A stretch of 64,000 bases of DNA, taken from Balanoglossus misakiensis. Lineage: Eukaryota > Animalia > Hemichordata. A program made the translations under genes and the position numbers. The stretch is taken from positions 3,936,902 to 4,000,901 of the forward strand of contig CM082585.2 of the NCBI GenBank assembly GCA_040954595.2, given 5' to 3'. Positions within the stretch are counted from its first letter, which is position 1, and each line of letters starts with the position of its first letter. Positions 49,801 to 62,670 of the stretch are shown piece by piece. The notes beneath the pieces are model-generated. The model made no database searches. It saw nothing but the letters and a program-made list of their open reading frames with translations, and was not told the DNA's origin.

Positions 49801-52800
49801 TACACAAAGTGAGCAGGCATCATTTTTGGGAACTGATGCCTGGCAGGCAACAGCACAAAGAGAACGCACACCAGTCACTAACATGCCTCAGTGTATAAAG
49901 ATTTTCATACATTTATTCTTGGCCGTTTATTCTTAGTTAATACATTATTCATCCCTGTCTCTCTTTCAACTAGGATTGAGTCCCACAGTGCACCCAACAG
50001 CCACAACTACCGATTGGTTGCTCTATTGACTCTCTATGCTGGTGTAGTGACTGTTGTTTACATGTATGTGAAGTGGCCAATATTTCATCAGGTGGGTACA
50101 ATCCAACAATGACACTAATTTTTCAGACTATTATTTTATAGTTATTGGCGGGTGTGTTTCTTGAACACCTGTTGACAAGCGTCCCAAAACAAAATTGCTG
50201 CAAATTATCTATACAAATAGAAATATGCTCTAAAGCAACATGACACTTAGAACCAAACTAGGGTCAGGTGGTACCCCTGCAATATCTCTCTCTCAGTATA
50301 CACACATCCTTCAGAAAGCACAACTGCATTGACTTGTTCGACTTTGAATGTGTACTCATGAAAATAATGCTAAAATCTGCAGCATATGGGCTTCTAAGCT
50401 GATCATGGCGTCTGGGTGAGAGTTCCCAATACATGGATTTGGGTATAAATGAGCCAGTGCAGTGTTTTTTTTTGACTGAGTAAATTGTGTATGTGATCAC
50501 AAACCAAATCTAAACCCCGGAGAGTTTTTTTCAGCGATGAAATACTAGTAAAATGAAGACATTTATTTGTGCGAAAATTACGTTGACCTCTATTGAGCTC
50601 TATCAAAGCCTTTTCAAACATGAAAAAAAATTCCATTCAAAGTGGACACAAAAAGTGTGCCACACCATGTTTCATGACATTACTAAATACAACTTGTGTG
50701 TGTGTTTATTGTAATATGGTTTAATCAGTAAGAATTTCTTCTAACTGACCTATGTGACGAATTTCATTTAACGTGACCTATTATGAGTTGACATTCTAGA
50801 GATTCCCTTGTGAGAAGGGACAATTTTCCTCACAATATGTTTACATTCATGACCAATATAAATTCATTTTTATCGCTTTTTACATGACACAAAAATATCC
50901 ATCAGTGATGTATAAGTAGAATGACTATGTCTCTTTCAGATGTCTTCAAAATGTAAGATCTACAAAATTGAAAAAAAAAAAATCTTACAATGGATTTTTT
51001 CCATTCTGTCTCCTCACAGGTTGCATATGCTTTTCTTGTGTTTGCATTGTGTGGAACTGCAGTTAATCTAGTGTAAGTATATTAGCACCAGACATCAAAA
51101 TACAGCATTTTGACTCAATGTACAGTATTGGGCAATTAAAACACACATGTATTAAATACAACTAGTTTGGAAGTGGTCGTCGCGCCGCGTGGGTGTCCCC
51201 CTTGATGAGAATATGTCCTCCCATACCAAAGAAAACCTCAGTGCAGTCGCCACGACCTACTAGGATCTTCAGTTGCTGTCATGCTAAGTCTATGCTACAG
51301 TTGGCTGCTTCGTTCATTCTAAAAATTATCTCATTTCTGAATCAGGGATTTGTGGATGAATTGTAATGTTTATAAACAAACAAACGCGGTGCGACGACCC
51401 CTTCACTTTAAGCCTCAATGTCTGCCATTTTTAGCATATCGTTTTTGAAAAAAATACCTCAGTCTTCTTCATATCTTTAACAATTTTGATTAAATTTGTG
51501 GCAAATCTAGTACCCGTGTGTGGATATCATGATGGACGTGTGTTATTTACTCTTGAAATAGTTGACTGGATAAATTTATGGACCCATTTTTTATTGAATG
51601 GTAACTGGTTCATATTTACATGTACAGCTACAATCACAGGTTGATAATATATTTGTGTAGTTTACCCATAGTGTTAGCTCAGTTAAATTGACATCTAAGT
51701 CTGAAAATAAAATCATGAAATTACTGCAAAAAATGACATCTATTTCGGCTTCAATTAATCAATCAATCAATCATCATTGTGCATACGCAGTATAAGCTCC
51801 CCCCAAAAATGCCAACCACTATCATCTAAACGTTTGTCAGAAAGTAATAATTTGTGAGTGCATAAATACTGATTCTTTTTGGAAATATTTTCATGATACA
51901 CATCAAAGCAAAGTTTTGCTGACTGCTGACATAAACAAGAAATGCAAACTTTTCAGTTATTTAGAATCAGCTTATGATTATGAAATGAACAGAACAATTA
52001 CATGAAAACACACATACATAATGTAATGCATGTTCTTCTCTATGGCAGATACTACAAAGGAGCCTCAAGTTCTAAAGCATTGCTGCTAACATCATGTGTT
52101 GTCTATGCCACTGGTTTCCTGGTTTGGAATATAGATAATATTTTCTGCCACAATATCAGGTAAGTCAAGAGTCAGAATATTGTAATTATTCTGATTTTTA
52201 TATCTATTGTTTATCCATGAATGTGAAAAAAAACATACAGAGAAAACAGGGTGTTCCCATGGTACTGTTTCAGTTAGGGGATGTTCAATATTTTGGAAAA
52301 TGCTGAGTCAGCACTTTTCTCACACTCCTAGTGCTAGGTTTTGGTGTGGTGAAAATATCTGAATAGCCTGATCAAACAATCAAGTATGGTGACAAAGCGC
52401 TGTTGTAATAATTTGTTCACAATCAGTCAGTGTCATGCAATGCAGTGGTACGTAATGGGTCATGTAGTGTCTCTCACAGCCCGGCGCCCAGCGAGCTACA
52501 CATTACCATATTGGGCTTCTCCTTTGCTAAACGGTTGAGGGCGCGTCAGTGAAGAGCCTTGTAGCAAACCGTGGGCTGTGAGAGAGTCTATGGGTCCTGT
52601 AGCAAAAGGACCTGTAACTTTTAAGTATTTTTTTAGTGTTTTGTTCTGTTTGTGAAGTGGAAGATTGTGTTCCCAATAGGATATGCAAATGCCCAGTATT
52701 CCGCTTGTCATCAAAGATTTGATTTGTGTAACAACTATTAGTATTGTTCACAAAAGAATTCAAGTCCGGACTATACAACAAGTTAAATTTTCATTGTTCA

Positions 52801-55195
52801 CAAAAAAGATTCTAACGCATGTCATTATTCTTTTGGGAGCCAAAACTGCAGTAGTTACAATAAACAAAACTGTTGAAATTATCTGAAAGTCTGAGCTGGT
52901 ATTGCTCTCTAAGTGATAGTAAAAACTATGATATGATTACTTATATTGTGAGGCAGGTTACTTATATTTCATCTTTCTTTTTAAATCCAATAGAGATTTT
53001 AGGAGTAACGCACTTGGACCTTTTCAACCAATGACTCAGATGCATGCTTGGTGGCATATCTTTGCTGGACTTGGAACTTTTATCTGTATAATGTTTATGT
53101 AAGTATTACAGGGATAAAGTCTCTCTCTCGCTGCCTTTTTACCATTAATTATGTTTGATACAAGACACCGTTTATGTTAATGTACATGTGGATATATAGT
53201 GAATGATCGTTCAACCACACACAACTTCTGTTCCGCTTGTATGTTATGAGAGCAGAAATTGGCCCATAATGATTAAATGGTGGAGACCGATTATTCATTT
53301 TGGCGTGTTTTTTTACTCTCATGTCTACACGTGGGATTGAAGTTGTGTGTGGTTGAACGTTGATTCACTATATATCCACAACATAAACAGTGTCTTGTAT
53401 CAAACATAATTAATGGAAAAAGGGCAGCGAGAGAGAGATTTTGTCCTTTTAATTGATTCCCATTTCTTTAAAGCTACAATGGCTGCCACTTTTACCATAT
53501 CTTTTGATCAGTGATGCAGAGCTTATCAGATAGGTTCGTTGGCGCCTAAACACTTGTCTTCTTCTCTGAAACCGCTTGTCCGATTATTTTGGTGGGCACA
53601 TCCCTGGTTATAAATCCGATTTCAAATTATGGTAGAATCTGCAGTATTGTATTTTAGGGTCATTGCCTTTTTTAGTCGAAAGTCTTCTCAGAATCAGCTT
53701 GTCTGAAATTTGCCTTGAAATTCAGTATCCATGTCTATAGGGGTGATCTACAGTACTTGCATTTGACCTCTGAGTTTCATTTTTGGCGCACACAGATGTT
53801 CCGTTTCACATGTACATTGAGATGGGTAGAGGAAAGGGGACTGGTTTTGTATCTTGTGGACATATTTTGAAGAAATGCATTTTGTTTGGCAGCATTGTAC
53901 CAATCGCTGACCAGAGTCAGAGAGTTTATAAGAGGTGTTTGCTTGTAAATCCTGCAGCTGCCTTTTTAAGCAGGGGTACAATCATTTTACAATGTTGCAA
54001 AAAATTTGAATGACATAACAATATTGAAAATCATGCTTATTATTATTATATTAATGTAGGTGATAATTACAGAAATATATTGTATAACATCTGTGAAATC
54101 ATGCAATTCAACATATTTTAGCCTAGATAGTGGACATGTTACCATTGATGTTATATGGATAGTGAATGGCTGTATCACTGTATGGAGTTCTACCATTATA
54201 CCATTGTGTCTTTATTTTTGTTTTAACAGAGTTCATGTTCGATATCAACACCTAAAATATAGATGTCAAATAAAGGTAAGCCATCAGAAATGAAAATTTT
54301 TCAACCTTTGAATTTCTATGTTGACATAAGCGTTGACAGAAGCTTGCCTGTTAAGAGGGTGACGTCAGTGACCTTTTACTTTTCAGTAAAAATACCTCCA
54401 GAAACAACTCGTCCAGTTAAGTTTTAGTATGAAGGCTCCTAGGAATGCATTTGATAAAAAATAATATCTAATATTAAAGTTCTTTAGATGAGTGTTGGAA
54501 TCGATCAGTATGAGTCCAATTATGAGCAAGATATGTCACATTGGACTGTAACAGTTCTGATCAAGTCTGGGCACTAATGCAAGAAACAAGCCATTCAAAC
54601 CTTTGATAATTTTGTGTTGTACTGGAGTTACCCTTTTCAGCTGAGGCTAATTTTTGGGAAATCAAATTTTTAATATGTTGCCTACTATAGGTGTAACAAG
54701 TTCATGTCGGTATCCAACTAAGCGTTAATTATGTCAAGATATGCTACTGATTTTTTTCATAAGTTTATAAAACAACAAGTTCCAGACTAATTTCAGAATT
54801 TTCTTTTGATCTCAGAATTTCTTCAACAGACATATGTGTTACTATTACCTTTGTGCAACTGTATCATAATTTATCTGAAATTCATTCGCAACCCCAAAAA
54901 CAGTTATTTCCAAGAAAATTTCATATATTATCTCTAAAAAAATCAGCTGAATTTATTTGTTCCAGAAATGTTCAGCTGATTTTTTTCATTTATTGCTGAA
55001 TTTTTCACAGATTTGTGGTTTCCCTCAAAATCAGCTGAATTTTTCAGATTTGTGTTTTTCCGCAAAATAATGCTTCTTCAGCGCTGGCAATTCAGCATGT
55101 TTCATCAATACTTTTCTCCTTTTTTTATTTCTATGCAACTCCAGAAAATTGGCATCTTTCCTTGTTTGAGGATAAGTGGTAAAGAAAAGGTGTAG
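46835..55195 (+). CDS. ACER3: Alkaline ceramidase 3-like (266 aa). Exons 46835-46934, 47931-48041, 48903-48955, 49117-49169, 49974-50091, 51020-51072, 52049-52159, 52994-53098, 54230-54275, 55145-55195
   Basis: [27 protein letters not shown]; [19 protein letters not shown]; PIFHQ; WNIDNIFC; QMHAWWH (CREST Zn-binding His); KIGIFP. All introns are GT-AG with consistent phases; total 801 nt. Confidence 0.95.
47482..47670. mobile_element. Short AcademH-like element in ACER3 intron 1
   Basis: taactgcaatgattgtagc..gctacaatcattgtagcta; 9-bp TSD cacaaaacc (47473-47481 / 47671-47679). Confidence 0.7.
48053..48200. mobile_element. ~148-bp hairpin, probably the end of a Crypton-like non-autonomous element extending to ~48520
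   Basis: aggttattacgaaaataccgcaaagtatgcacgaggacattagcgc..gcgtagc..gcgctaatgtccgagtgcatactttgcggtattttcgtaataacct. Confidence 0.65.
49236..49411. mobile_element. Tc1/pogo-like MITE
   Basis: CAGTGAAACCTG..CAGGTTTCACTG; TA at the right end, TG at the left; internal aggtgtcc repeats. Confidence 0.7.
51171..51403. mobile_element. Small inverted-repeat element
   Basis: aagtggtcgtcgcgccgcgt..acgcggtgcgacgacccctt. Confidence 0.55.
53112..53445. mobile_element. Foldback element with ~115-bp arms in ACER3 intron 8
   Basis: tctctctctcgctgcctttt..ttgatacaagacac..ttcaaccacacacaacttc / gaagttgtgtgtggttgaa..gtgtcttgtatcaa..ggcagcgagagagaga. Confidence 0.75.
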
Positions 55196-57154
55196 GAAGA
55201 GAATCTGTGTATTGTCAGAAAAAAATGTGATCTACCGGTACACAACAGATTGAATTTAATTTGTTGCCCACTCCAGACAACCTGTCAGCTTGACCAGCCA
55301 TTTACAACAGATCACTTGTGATCATCACTCCCACTCTCATCACTCTGCATTAGCTAACGGCTCGTGCTATATGTCTCGAATTTTACCAAAATCTTGTGTA
55401 TACCCGCCTGAGACAGGGGTTATTACTATTATATTACACCAACAATTGATTTTGTGGCATATCAGTGTCATTTGATCAACGAAACAGCATCAGAAAGAGA
55501 AATTACAATCGTGAACCAACATGGCGACGATGAATGTAAACACGAGCGGCCTGGGATCGAGCATTAAACATGAAGAAGACGACAAAAAGTGACCAGACAG
55601 GCAGACAGGAATTATTTACATGCTGTCCAATTGTCATTTTTGGTTCCTGTGGCAAAACCACCATCATGACATATCTTTTATGCATGCTGTAGTGAACTTT
55701 GAACACATGTTTTGGATTTAAAGAATTAGAAGTGTTTCATGAACATCTATTGGTGATTTGCATATTACAATAAATATTTACAGATCACGAGAGAACAGTC
55801 ACACATCTGCATATGAAGTGCTAGATTTTTTATTTATAACTCATTTTAGTATTTTTTATTTTTTCTGTCAATATTTTTGATCCTTCAAACGGCCGATTCC
55901 TTCATGTTATGTAATCACTTCCATATTCACAATATCACACACACAAATACTTTTTAAATGACGTAGACGAAGCAAATGTTCTCTATGAGAAATTTTATTT
56001 GCTTTTCGTTTTGATTTCATGCAAGATAGTTCAGCGCTAAAATTAAGAATAGTGTGGACATTTTATTTATAGGCAAACAAACAGAACACAAATCGCCAAA
56101 TATTCCTGAAATATTCAAAATATTCTAATAAAGCTATTTGCCAACAAGACACCAAGATAATACGAAAGTGTTTTCATCCAGACCTAAAGGGATCGAGAAT
56201 GAACGACTCAAAGAGAACCATTGGGTGAATTCTGCTTCAGGATCATCTCTGGTTTATCGGAGTCTGTGAAAAAGGAAAAATAGATACATCTTTATTGTAG
56301 CTAATGTATTTTGAAAATCCCTTTCGGATAAGACCGAAAAAAACATGTTGTTTACGAAATTTAGAGACGGATTCTTGTTGGCCTACATCTTTTACTGACA
56401 ATTTATTTGTCATTTTCAGACATATATGTATGATTTCTTTTAAAATTTAGTTTCAAATCTTAGCAATGCTTACACCATTGGGAACTTGCATATGCAGTGA
56501 AAAATTTTGAGTGTATGTGTATTTTCCTGTAATCAAACGATCTGACCATCTTCAAGCCGTATATCACAGATGTTACACTATGGCATGAGCGAATTTTAAT
56601 TTTAAATGGTAACTTGTAATATTTTTTACTTATCATACATGCCTACCTACAAAACAGTACGATTTGCAAAAATGCGCCGAGAAAAACAATTTCAAATTTG
56701 AACCGGGCGCCCTGGGATCATGGCAGTAGCCATGTTGTGATGTATGACGTGTGGGCCGTAGTATCATTTTAAGGGGGTTGGCAGCTTTCATTACGATGGG
56801 CACATCCGCATTCTAAATAAAATTGTCTATGTACTCTTTCAAAATATCATGTTAACAATTATTTTGCATTGAGAATTTCGAAGAAGTAAAAATGATACAT
56901 TCAACATGGCAAAACCTCCCGCTTTGAAAACATTATTACAGCTTCTAATAACCGAATTTTACAACACCCCTCTCCACTAGCGTCCTATGCCCAGTACGTC
57001 GCTCCCACGCGCAGCGAACTGTCGCGCCGAGCGTTCTCAAAAATAGTTCGAGACGCGGAGTGAAGATATATTTCACAATGTGAAATACCGTAAAATATCT
57101 TCAGTACGAGAACAATAGAAAGTGCCAAATACAGGCGTTGCATTTATGATAAAA

Positions 57155-57299
57155 AGGGGTTATTACACGAATTTTGATCGATAACGCGACGCATTCTCGT
57201 GATGTCCGTATTTTGACTCGTTGCGAAGCGCAACTCGTCAAAATACGGACATCACTCGAATACGACGCGTTATCGACCAAAATTCGTGTAATAACCCCT
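57155..57299. mobile_element. ~145-bp hairpin (Crypton-like), GCGAAGC loop
   Basis: aggggttattacacgaattttg..gactcgttgcgaagcgcaactcgtc..caaaattcgtgtaataacccct. Confidence 0.65.
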
Positions 57300-57392
57300 A
57301 AAAATCTGATTGCCGTAAGGAAAGAGTGAAAAATATGTCCTCATCACGTGATTGTGTATTCTCTTACCTAGACTTGTGATAGATGATGTCCA

Positions 57393-58869
57393 TTAATCTC
57401 TGGCTGATCTCTCACAGATAAAGCCAAAACGCTTGTAACATTTGGTGTTATTCCATTTACCATCTCTATCACTATACATATAGGCACAATCCTCATTGCC
57501 ACCACCATTGTTTGGTTCCCCGCTGTACCAGTTGGTGTATCGCAGCTGTGATGCACGGCAGCGATTCGGGGTAAAGAAAGACGAGTTATTGGTAGTCTAC
57601 GGATTGCAAGCAGTGAATATATTCAGCAGATGACACCACCACTACAACAACAACAATAAAGACGTAAAACAACAACAACAGAACAACAACTGTATAATCA
57701 ACAATTCATGATATTGCCTCTTTTAGCACCCCAACATATCTATATGTATTCAACTCTTCATTTCAACCGTCAGTCTCATCACAACTGATATTATAAACCT
57801 CATGACATGTAACATGTAGGGCTTATTATATGTTAAAGCCTATGAGCCACTTTGCATTATTTACACGATTTTACATCAACCCGTAGTATGGTCCATTAGT
57901 TTTCTGGTGTGTATATACAAACGTATTCTCAACCTCTGTAAGTTTTAATGTGAATTGTGTCACACCTATTATTCAGCATCCTGGTATACGCGTGCTTAAA
58001 TAACCAGAAATGCCATTGGTCGGCTAATTTATGATGAGGAGACGGTTGTTATATGTTAAACTAACTCCTGCTGCTGTTCATTGGGCTGTAAGTTCATGCA
58101 TGCAACTTACCCGGGAACCATATGGTGTTACAAATACCCCCTCGTGAAGCTTATCGTCTGCGCCAATCCAGATGGTATATGCTTTCTGTGTGTAACCTGA
58201 GGTATAAAGTGAGATGTTACATTACATGAAGGTCAGTCACATAAGCCCTTCAAGGCAATGTATTTCTGGAAAATTAACAATCTTGCATGTAATTAGTCAC
58301 CCAGGAAAAAAAACTGACGGCTTGTAAATCTCACCTTTCAAAAACAAGTTCTCCAGCGCATCATCAACAACTATGAGAGTACTGTGCGCCCCTTCACACA
58401 TTCTCTGCGCTTCCTCATATGTGTACAGAGGCCGCTAGAATCCAAAATAACAACTGTTGCGGAACTTCATCCATCCGGAAGGACACCCTTGGGAAACAAA
58501 TCAATGAAGGTTTTCACAACATACTGTGCTCATCGGTGAAGATATTAGTACTTTCACATGGTATCATTTGAGTGAGAGCACCAATAATATAACATGTCTA
58601 TTAGCTCCTCACATATACCACACATACATACATACATACATACATACATACATACATACATACATACATACATACATACATACATACATACAATCATACA
58701 ATCATACATACATACATACATACATACATACATACATACATACATACATACATACATACATACATACATACATACATACATACATACATACTAGTACATT
58801 TAATAAGAATTTACCTTCTCCCAGTGCAGTTGTCACTAAAACTGACAAAAGAATAGCCACCTTCAGCAT
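57393..58869 (-). pseudogene. Secreted single-domain C-type lectin (EPN/WNN), exons 58869-58815, 58487-58335, 58196-58111, 57545-57393; in-frame TAG at 58437-58435
   Basis: MLKVAILLSVLVTTALGEG CPSGWMKFRNSCYFGF*RPLYTYEEAQRMCEGAHSTLIVVDDALENLFLK GYTQKAYTIWIGADDKLHEGVFVTPYGSR LRYTNWYSGEPNNGGGNEDCAYMYSDRDGKWNNTKCYKRFGFICERSARD*; GT-AG introns with consistent phases. Confidence 0.88.
58620..58790. repeat. (TACA)n microsatellite in lectin intron 1
   Basis: Seen directly. Confidence 0.97.
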
Positions 58870-61439
58870 CCTGCTTGCAAGTCGTGTTTTCTTGACTGAA
58901 AAATACTCTATAATGAACAAGTCAGGAGAAAAAAATGAGTCTAGGTCTATGTGAAAGGCTCATGAGCTGCAACTGGATAAACAATTTAAGCTTTAAATAG
59001 TTTCGGATATGCTTACAATTATGTTTATTAAATTATATTGCCTGATAGTATGTCACGATAACACTTATTTATGACAAAAATGGCCCCAAAATCAAAGAAA
59101 TATCAGCACAGTAAAATATTCCCGTAATTTAAAAAAAGTGAAATATTGCATTGAAAAAATGTCTCATTGGAGTACATCAATGAACTACTGTCAGTAGGCA
59201 AGGCAATATGCGTGAAACACGGAAAGTATGGTCCAAACAAAATATATAGTATAAGAAGAAGTGGACTGTTTATACTCCAGAATGAGTTGTTCTGTTTCAG
59301 GTATTGGAACAACTTCCGGCAAGACCAGTCGACGGGCAAAATGATATGAAGGCAATGCTAACGCTAAACGCGTGTCCCCAATTTATTAGAAAACAATAAT
59401 GACAGGGACATTAATAACAAAACTACTAGAGACGTATGATTCAAACCAAGTAAACACTGAAAAGGAAGGCTGTCAGCATTAAAAGGGTAGAAAATACGCC
59501 CAAATGTCATCGCAAATTAATCGAGGGTACATTACAGTGTAGCTGGAGTCACATATTTCAAATGGAGTAAACACTGATACGAAAAGATCTCAGCATGACA
59601 ACGGTAGAACACATTTACATTTTCAACAACTCTGCACATTACAATTCATGGTTGAATTGAACCATATGTTACGTTGTACTCGTTCGTGGATGATATTTCT
59701 ATGAGAACCGGGACTCGTGAAGTTTCCATACTGTAGAAAATATTGTCTATGACAACTATGATAGCTGTCGGACGAGTTACTTCTTATAATCAGAAAGGAA
59801 TAATGGGACAAACTATATTAACTAGTATCATGACGTGATAACAATAAGTAGGGATCCAAAGCATATCTTCACATCAATTTGATGTAAACGTAATATCTTA
59901 ATCGAGCAAGAATGGAGTGCCCTTACAGACTTTTGAAAAATAGGGCATGTCAGGATTTGCCTTACGTTTTCTTATTTCTTATCGCGTCTTGTTCACCTTT
60001 CGTCTTACTTAATGCAATGATGGCGTCGTCCCTAACCGGTACCTCAAAATCTTTAATCCCAATTTTACTTTTACACCGGTTTTCCCGTGCATTAAATACA
60101 TTTATTTGCCCATAGAAGTTGTTTTGCTTGTCCTGATAATCGACACTCGAAAATGCGAGTATGGCCATAGCTCCTACAAAACGCCACAAGTTACAGTATA
60201 CTGATATAACAGCAAGTGCAATCAATATGAAACCATTGTTCTGAAGAAAATGATCTGTGCCATGTTGACATTTCAGTATAGTCTGACATTTCCTGGATGA
60301 TAAAAGAGGTAACGTGCTGGTTAATTGCAGGTGGAGAAATGTGTAAACAATACTAAAACTTGTTGTTAACCGAGTTAAATTGTTTGCTGTTGGATTCTAC
60401 TGCTCTTTGTTCAAATATGCACGTGTTATTATTCGAGTTGGAATGTTTGACTTTATACAGAGTCGCTCCTAATGTCAAATTTCTGTGTTGAGCTGGTGAA
60501 AAAATAAAGCAAGTATATTCACCCAACAAATTATGAACACCTTTTTTTCTTTGTGGCTTTCAAATAGCTTGCTCCTACACTTCAATCTAGTTAAGAGTAT
60601 ACATATTTTGGAATATCATGTTTTCTAACACAATTATCCGCCAAATATGCACTACCTTCATGTGGAGTGTAAGAAGAATATGTTGGTGATCGCACTGCAG
60701 AAGCAAAGAACACAAAATATCATCAAAGTATCGAATTTCTTCCCTTGCAATGAAATTAGGCACACTCAATAACTCGGCCGAATGATTCGAGTTATTGAGT
60801 CTATAAGTCGGAATAATTTCATCATGACATTAAATTTGATCAACCGTACGTACCAATATGCAGCATTATTAAAAATGTTATAAAGTACATATAAGGGTAG
60901 ACATTTAATCCAGCTTAGACCAGTTTACAGTGATAACATTTGGGTTATTTTATAGCAAGGACCACAAGGATTCACAAGAAGCCAATAAAAGATGACACTC
61001 CGACGTTTTTCTGTTGCAATATGTTAAATAAAATAGGTTATATTTTGAAAAGCAAAACACCTTCATCCGCATGTCTTGCCATTAGCTGCGTCACAGTCAC
61101 AATCTTCATGGAAAGACTGGGGCTGTACTTCGGCTAATATAATACGCCCTCATGCGGTGGACCGGTCATTGGATTCTGTGACCTATGTCCTGCTATTTTG
61201 AACATAGACATATATATTAGCATACAGAGGTCAACGACAAACCTCCATGTATCGAATTAAAGTCATCATATGATTATCGGCCCACCATATGAAGGCGTAT
61301 GTATTATTGATGTGTGACGTATGTCAAAGCGGTTCGCTAAAAGGCTTTTTACGGGTTGCGCACTGATGCGCCCTCAACCGTTCAGGAGATGCACAACACT
61401 CGGCCATTGCTATGTTTGTTGATAAACATTATATATTTA

Positions 61440-61582
61440 AGCAATAAAACACCCCCAGCCATGGTATACCACGAGATTTTGACCAGTTCACGACATATAC
61501 GCACGAGCGATAGCGAGTGCGTATATGGAGTTGAACTGGTCAAAATCGAGTGGTATACCATGGCTGGGGGTGTTTTATTGCT
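61440..61582. mobile_element. ~143-bp hairpin (Crypton-like), GCGATAGC loop
   Basis: agcaataaaacacccccagccatggtataccacgagattttgacc..gcacgagcgatagcgagtgc..ggtcaaaatcgagtggtataccatggctgggggtgttttattgct. Confidence 0.65.
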
Positions 61583-62212
61583 ATTATATTATGCCAGTAT
61601 ATTGAAACTTTGCATAAAACATTTTTAAAAGGCATTTTCTTTGACTATGATATATGACTGTGGTATATGGCTAATATATCACGGTCACGTGTCGTGTCTC
61701 GACCAATCAAATAGCGTGATTTACACCATCAATATACTGGTATAATATAATATAATATATATTAGCGGAAAGTACCGGGGTTCGGATTAACGTGTGTTTG
61801 TATAGTTGTTTATTTGGGAGTGGTCGTCGTGCATAATGACTGTGTAATTGATCTCATGTACATAGAAAATAATTGAACACTTTACACTTTCACGCGATTG
61901 ACAGCTGTTTGAATGGCGTGGTTATTGTTTCCCAGGGACGCTTCTGAAAAGCACTGAAACCAGATTTCTCCCAAAATCATCGTTGTTTCAAAAGCTCGTG
62001 TACTTTTTCGTCGATAACTTTATGTTGTGTGTGTTTATAAAGCCATCTACCGTCGTTGTGTGGTGTAATTCTTTATGCTTGGACCTGTTTGGGCCGATTT
62101 TCATAGAGCCAAGATCGTTGATGTTGTCTGTTGTCAGTCAAACGGCATTAAGATTCGCCACTGATTTGGGGGGTCTTTTATACCCCGCACCGGGGTTAAA
62201 CCACAGATCCCT

Positions 62213-62670
62213 TAGTCTCGGTTACCCAGACGCCTTTGCTTCTTCCGATGCTCTCCAGAAAAGGGTCTGGGGAAATGCTATTGAAAGCTTTGTAAAACAA
62301 AATGGCCGATGTCAGGATTTTGATCATCGCCTGATTGGCTGAGCTCTCAGTATGACCCGGGTCACTGACTCTCGACAATGTGTGATTATTTGTTGTATCT
62401 TCATATCAAGAGACCGGTACTTGTTGGTTGATGCGAAAGGCAAAAGGCGTCCTCTGTTAGCATTGTTGGAGAAATTATATGAAATATCTTTGGTAGACGA
62501 TTGTCGAAACTATTGCAATGACCCGGGTCATACTGACAGCTCAGCCAATCAGGCGATGATCAAAATCCTGACATCGGCCATTTTGTTTTACAAAGCTTTC
62601 AATAGCATTTCCCCAGACCCTTTTCTGGAGAGCATCGGAAGAAGCAAAGGCGTCTGGGTAACCGAGACTA
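62213..62670. mobile_element. AcademH-like foldback element, ~150-bp near-perfect TIRs
   Basis: TAGTCTCGGTTACCCAGACG..CGTCTGGGTAACCGAGACTA; 9-bp TSD cagatccct (62204-62212 / 62671-62679). Confidence 0.8.

Noticed and set aside
55011-55080. Alternative ACER3 last exon at acceptor 55010
   Set aside because: The acceptor at 55144 gives KIGIFP.., matching the ACER3 C-terminus and the expected length.
59103-60300. Possible minus-strand membrane-protein gene (hydrophobic stretch in ORF 59962-60225, donor-like GTAAGG at ~59965)
   Set aside because: I could not assemble a consistent exon chain or recognise a family; may be a decayed gene and needs BLASTX.
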